Source: an uncultured Acidobacteriota bacterium (GTDB taxonomy: Bacteria; Acidobacteriota; JAQAZP01). Taken from it: 64,000 nt of DNA. Of this stretch, positions 62,277 to 64,000 are shown one piece after another. Positions within the stretch are counted from its first letter, which is position 1, and each line of letters starts with the position of its first letter. The position numbers and the translations under genes were made by a program. The notes under the pieces were generated by a model. That model was not told the DNA's origin and ran no database searches. It was given only the letters and a program-made list of their open reading frames with translations. The stretch covers positions 1,760,001-1,824,000 of the forward strand of contig CAWIIB010000001.1 in assembly GCA_963836075.1 (NCBI GenBank), written 5' to 3'.

Positions 62277-62431
62277 TGGGCGAAAATTTCCTGTAACTTT
62301 TCCGCCGCCTCGACACTCTTAGTTACAGGCGAAGGTTTTCAGGGGAGATCGGTCTCTCCAGCCAGGGCACTCCGCGACCCCGCCGGGCGCGGTAATAATA
62401 CTATTCCCTCTATTGTTTCGGAGAGTGAGCA

Positions 62432-62725
62432 ATGAGACTGGTCAAGCACAAGAACCGCACGCCCAACCGGGAGTGGGGATGCCCCAGAACAAAAAGCCGC
62501 ACCAACTGGTGCTACGCCCTCTGCACACCGGAGAACGGCATCGGCGAATGCGGCCGCCCGGCCTTCCACGCCTACCGCGGCCGGCTTCAAAAGGCGATCC
62601 TGGCCCAGCGCCAGCGGCAAAAGGAACTGGAAAAGAAGGGGATCACCCCGCTGCGCCGTGAAGTGCGCCTCAAGATGACCCCCGCCCCGGTGTCCAGGGT
62701 CAGAAAGATCCGGCAGCCACGGTAG
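62432..62725 (+). CDS. Small basic Cys-rich hypothetical protein (Cx9Cx3Cx8C)
   Basis: GGAG RBS, ATG 62432, GC-rich third codon positions. The 3' end overlaps the convergent gene by 26 nt. Confidence 0.6.
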   Translation: MRLVKHKNRTPNREWGCPRTKSRTNWCYALCTPENGIGECGRPAFHAYRGRLQKAILAQRQRQKELEKKGITPLRREVRLKMTPAPVSRVRKIRQPR

Positions 62726-64000
62726 TCCCGCACACCACCTCGGAAGAATACGCGTCCAGCGTGAACCAGCTGCTGGCGCTGCCGCCGCTGTAGCGGTAGA
62801 CCAGCACCGGTGTCTGCATCTCGGGGTCCGGCCCGGCGCCCACCAGCAGCTCGTCCCGGCCGTCGTCGTCCAGGTCGGCGCCGGAAAAGACCGTGGCGCC
62901 GTACTGCGCCGTCTCCGCCGGCCAGGCAAAGAAGTTGATCCCGTCCATGGGGGCCAGCGTGGCGCCGTCATAGTTCCAGCCGCGGATGTGGGCTCCGAAC
63001 ACCGGCGAGGGGCCGGGCGCGGTGACGATCTCGTCCATCCCGTCCCCGTCCAGGTCACCGCAGGTCACCCGCACACCGTAGTGGTTGCTGCCGTAAGCGA
63101 AGTAGCTCAGCCCGGGGATCGACGCCGCCGCGGCGCCGTCCACGTTCCAGCCGCGCACGTGGGGACCGAACACCGATCCGGGACCGGCGCCGGTGACGAT
63201 CTCGTCATAGCCGTCGCCGTCCACGTCGCCGCAGCTGACATTCACGCCCCACTTCAGCGTGCCGTAAGCGAAGTAGCTCACTCCGGGCACCGCCGACACC
63301 GACGATCCGCCGTCGTGGTCAAAGGCGCGCACGTGGGGGCCGAACACCGCGCCGGGCCCGGCGCCGGTGATGATCTCGTCCTTGCCGTCGCCGTCGATGT
63401 CCCCGGCGGCCACGTTGACCCCGAACTTCAGGGTGCCGTAGGCCATGAAGTTCAGCCCGTCCACCGGTGTCCCGTTGGGCGAGAAGCCGCGCACGTGGGG
63501 GCCGAATATCGTCCCCGGCCCGGGGCCGGTGAGGATCACGTCCACCCCGTCGCCGTCGGTGTCGCCGCAGGTGACGTTGGCCCCCCACTGCGAGGCGCCG
63601 TAGGCCGGGAATTCATGGATGTGCGCCGCGTCCTGGCTGCAGGGGAAGACCCGCACCAGCGGCGGGTTGCCCGGGTCCGCCCCGGGGCCGGTGACCAGTT
63701 TGGCCGGGGACTCCACGGCACTCCGCGTGGTGACGTTGATGCTGGCCAGGTCGTTGGTCACGTTGAACCCCGCGGCCAGCAGGTAGTTCATCGAGTTGTC
63801 GAGATACGTGCGGAAGCTGCTGTTCGGGTCGTCCGGGTCGGCGCTGGGATAGGGCCAGGGCGGCGAGTAGCCGTTTTCGATGAAGGCCGGGATGAGGATG
63901 TTCTTCACCGCCCAGATGTCGATGGCCACCGGGTCGAGGCCGGCCACCAGCATGTCCCTGCGGGTGGCGCCGCTGTAACTGGTGGATGGCCCGCTGTTGG
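62700..64000 (-). CDS. 3' part of a protein with a probable DUF362-like domain and C-terminal FG-GAP-like 'GPGP..GPHVR' repeats (5' end outside the window)
   Basis: The frame is open to the window edge (NSGPSTSYSGATRRDMLVAGLDPVAID). Six repeat units with five DxDxDGxD loops. Confidence 0.75.
   Translation of the reverse strand, partial: NSGPSTSYSGATRRDMLVAGLDPVAIDIWAVKNILIPAFIENGYSPPWPYPSADPDDPNSSFRTYLDNSMNYLLAAGFNVTNDLASINVTTRSAVESPAKLVTGPGADPGNPPLVRVFPCSQDAAHIHEFPAYGASQWGANVTCGDTDGDGVDVILTGPGPGTIFGPHVRGFSPNGTPVDGLNFMAYGTLKFGVNVAAGDIDGDGKDEIITGAGPGAVFGPHVRAFDHDGGSSVSAVPGVSYFAYGTLKWGVNVSCGDVDGDGYDEIVTGAGPGSVFGPHVRGWNVDGAAAASIPGLSYFAYGSNHYGVRVTCGDLDGDGMDEIVTAPGPSPVFGAHIRGWNYDGATLAPMDGINFFAWPAETAQYGATVFSGADLDDDGRDELLVGAGPDPEMQTPVLVYRYSGGSASSWFTLDAYSSEVVCGTTVAAGSF

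Overview
GC-rich bacterial window. The gene content (Oar-type TonB receptor, sulfatase-like lipoprotein, many secreted hydrolases) suggests a diderm such as Acidobacteriota, but this is inference. It holds about 37 genes, with no rRNA, tRNA, CRISPR array or transposase seen. The main signal is a ~120-aa C-terminal domain containing the invariant motif DxTPxPYNQPP[FY]. It ends six secreted proteins with unrelated N-terminal domains at three loci: two repeat beta-propeller proteins, three beta-helix proteins and a gingipain-like C25 protease. It sits where the T9SS C-terminal signal sits in Bacteroidota homologs and is a candidate undescribed sorting or anchoring signal. Also present: a lone low-GC integron-type cassette (attC and attI-like site, no integrase), a 23-nt leader element nearly complementary to the 16S rRNA 3' end, a B12/radical-SAM protein with a split Cx42CxxC motif next to a small Cys-rich ORF, a degenerate LytTR and ABC-ATPase pair, and a cpxP-cpxRA-like locus. 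Several genes carry single-base frameshifts that are probably sequencing errors.
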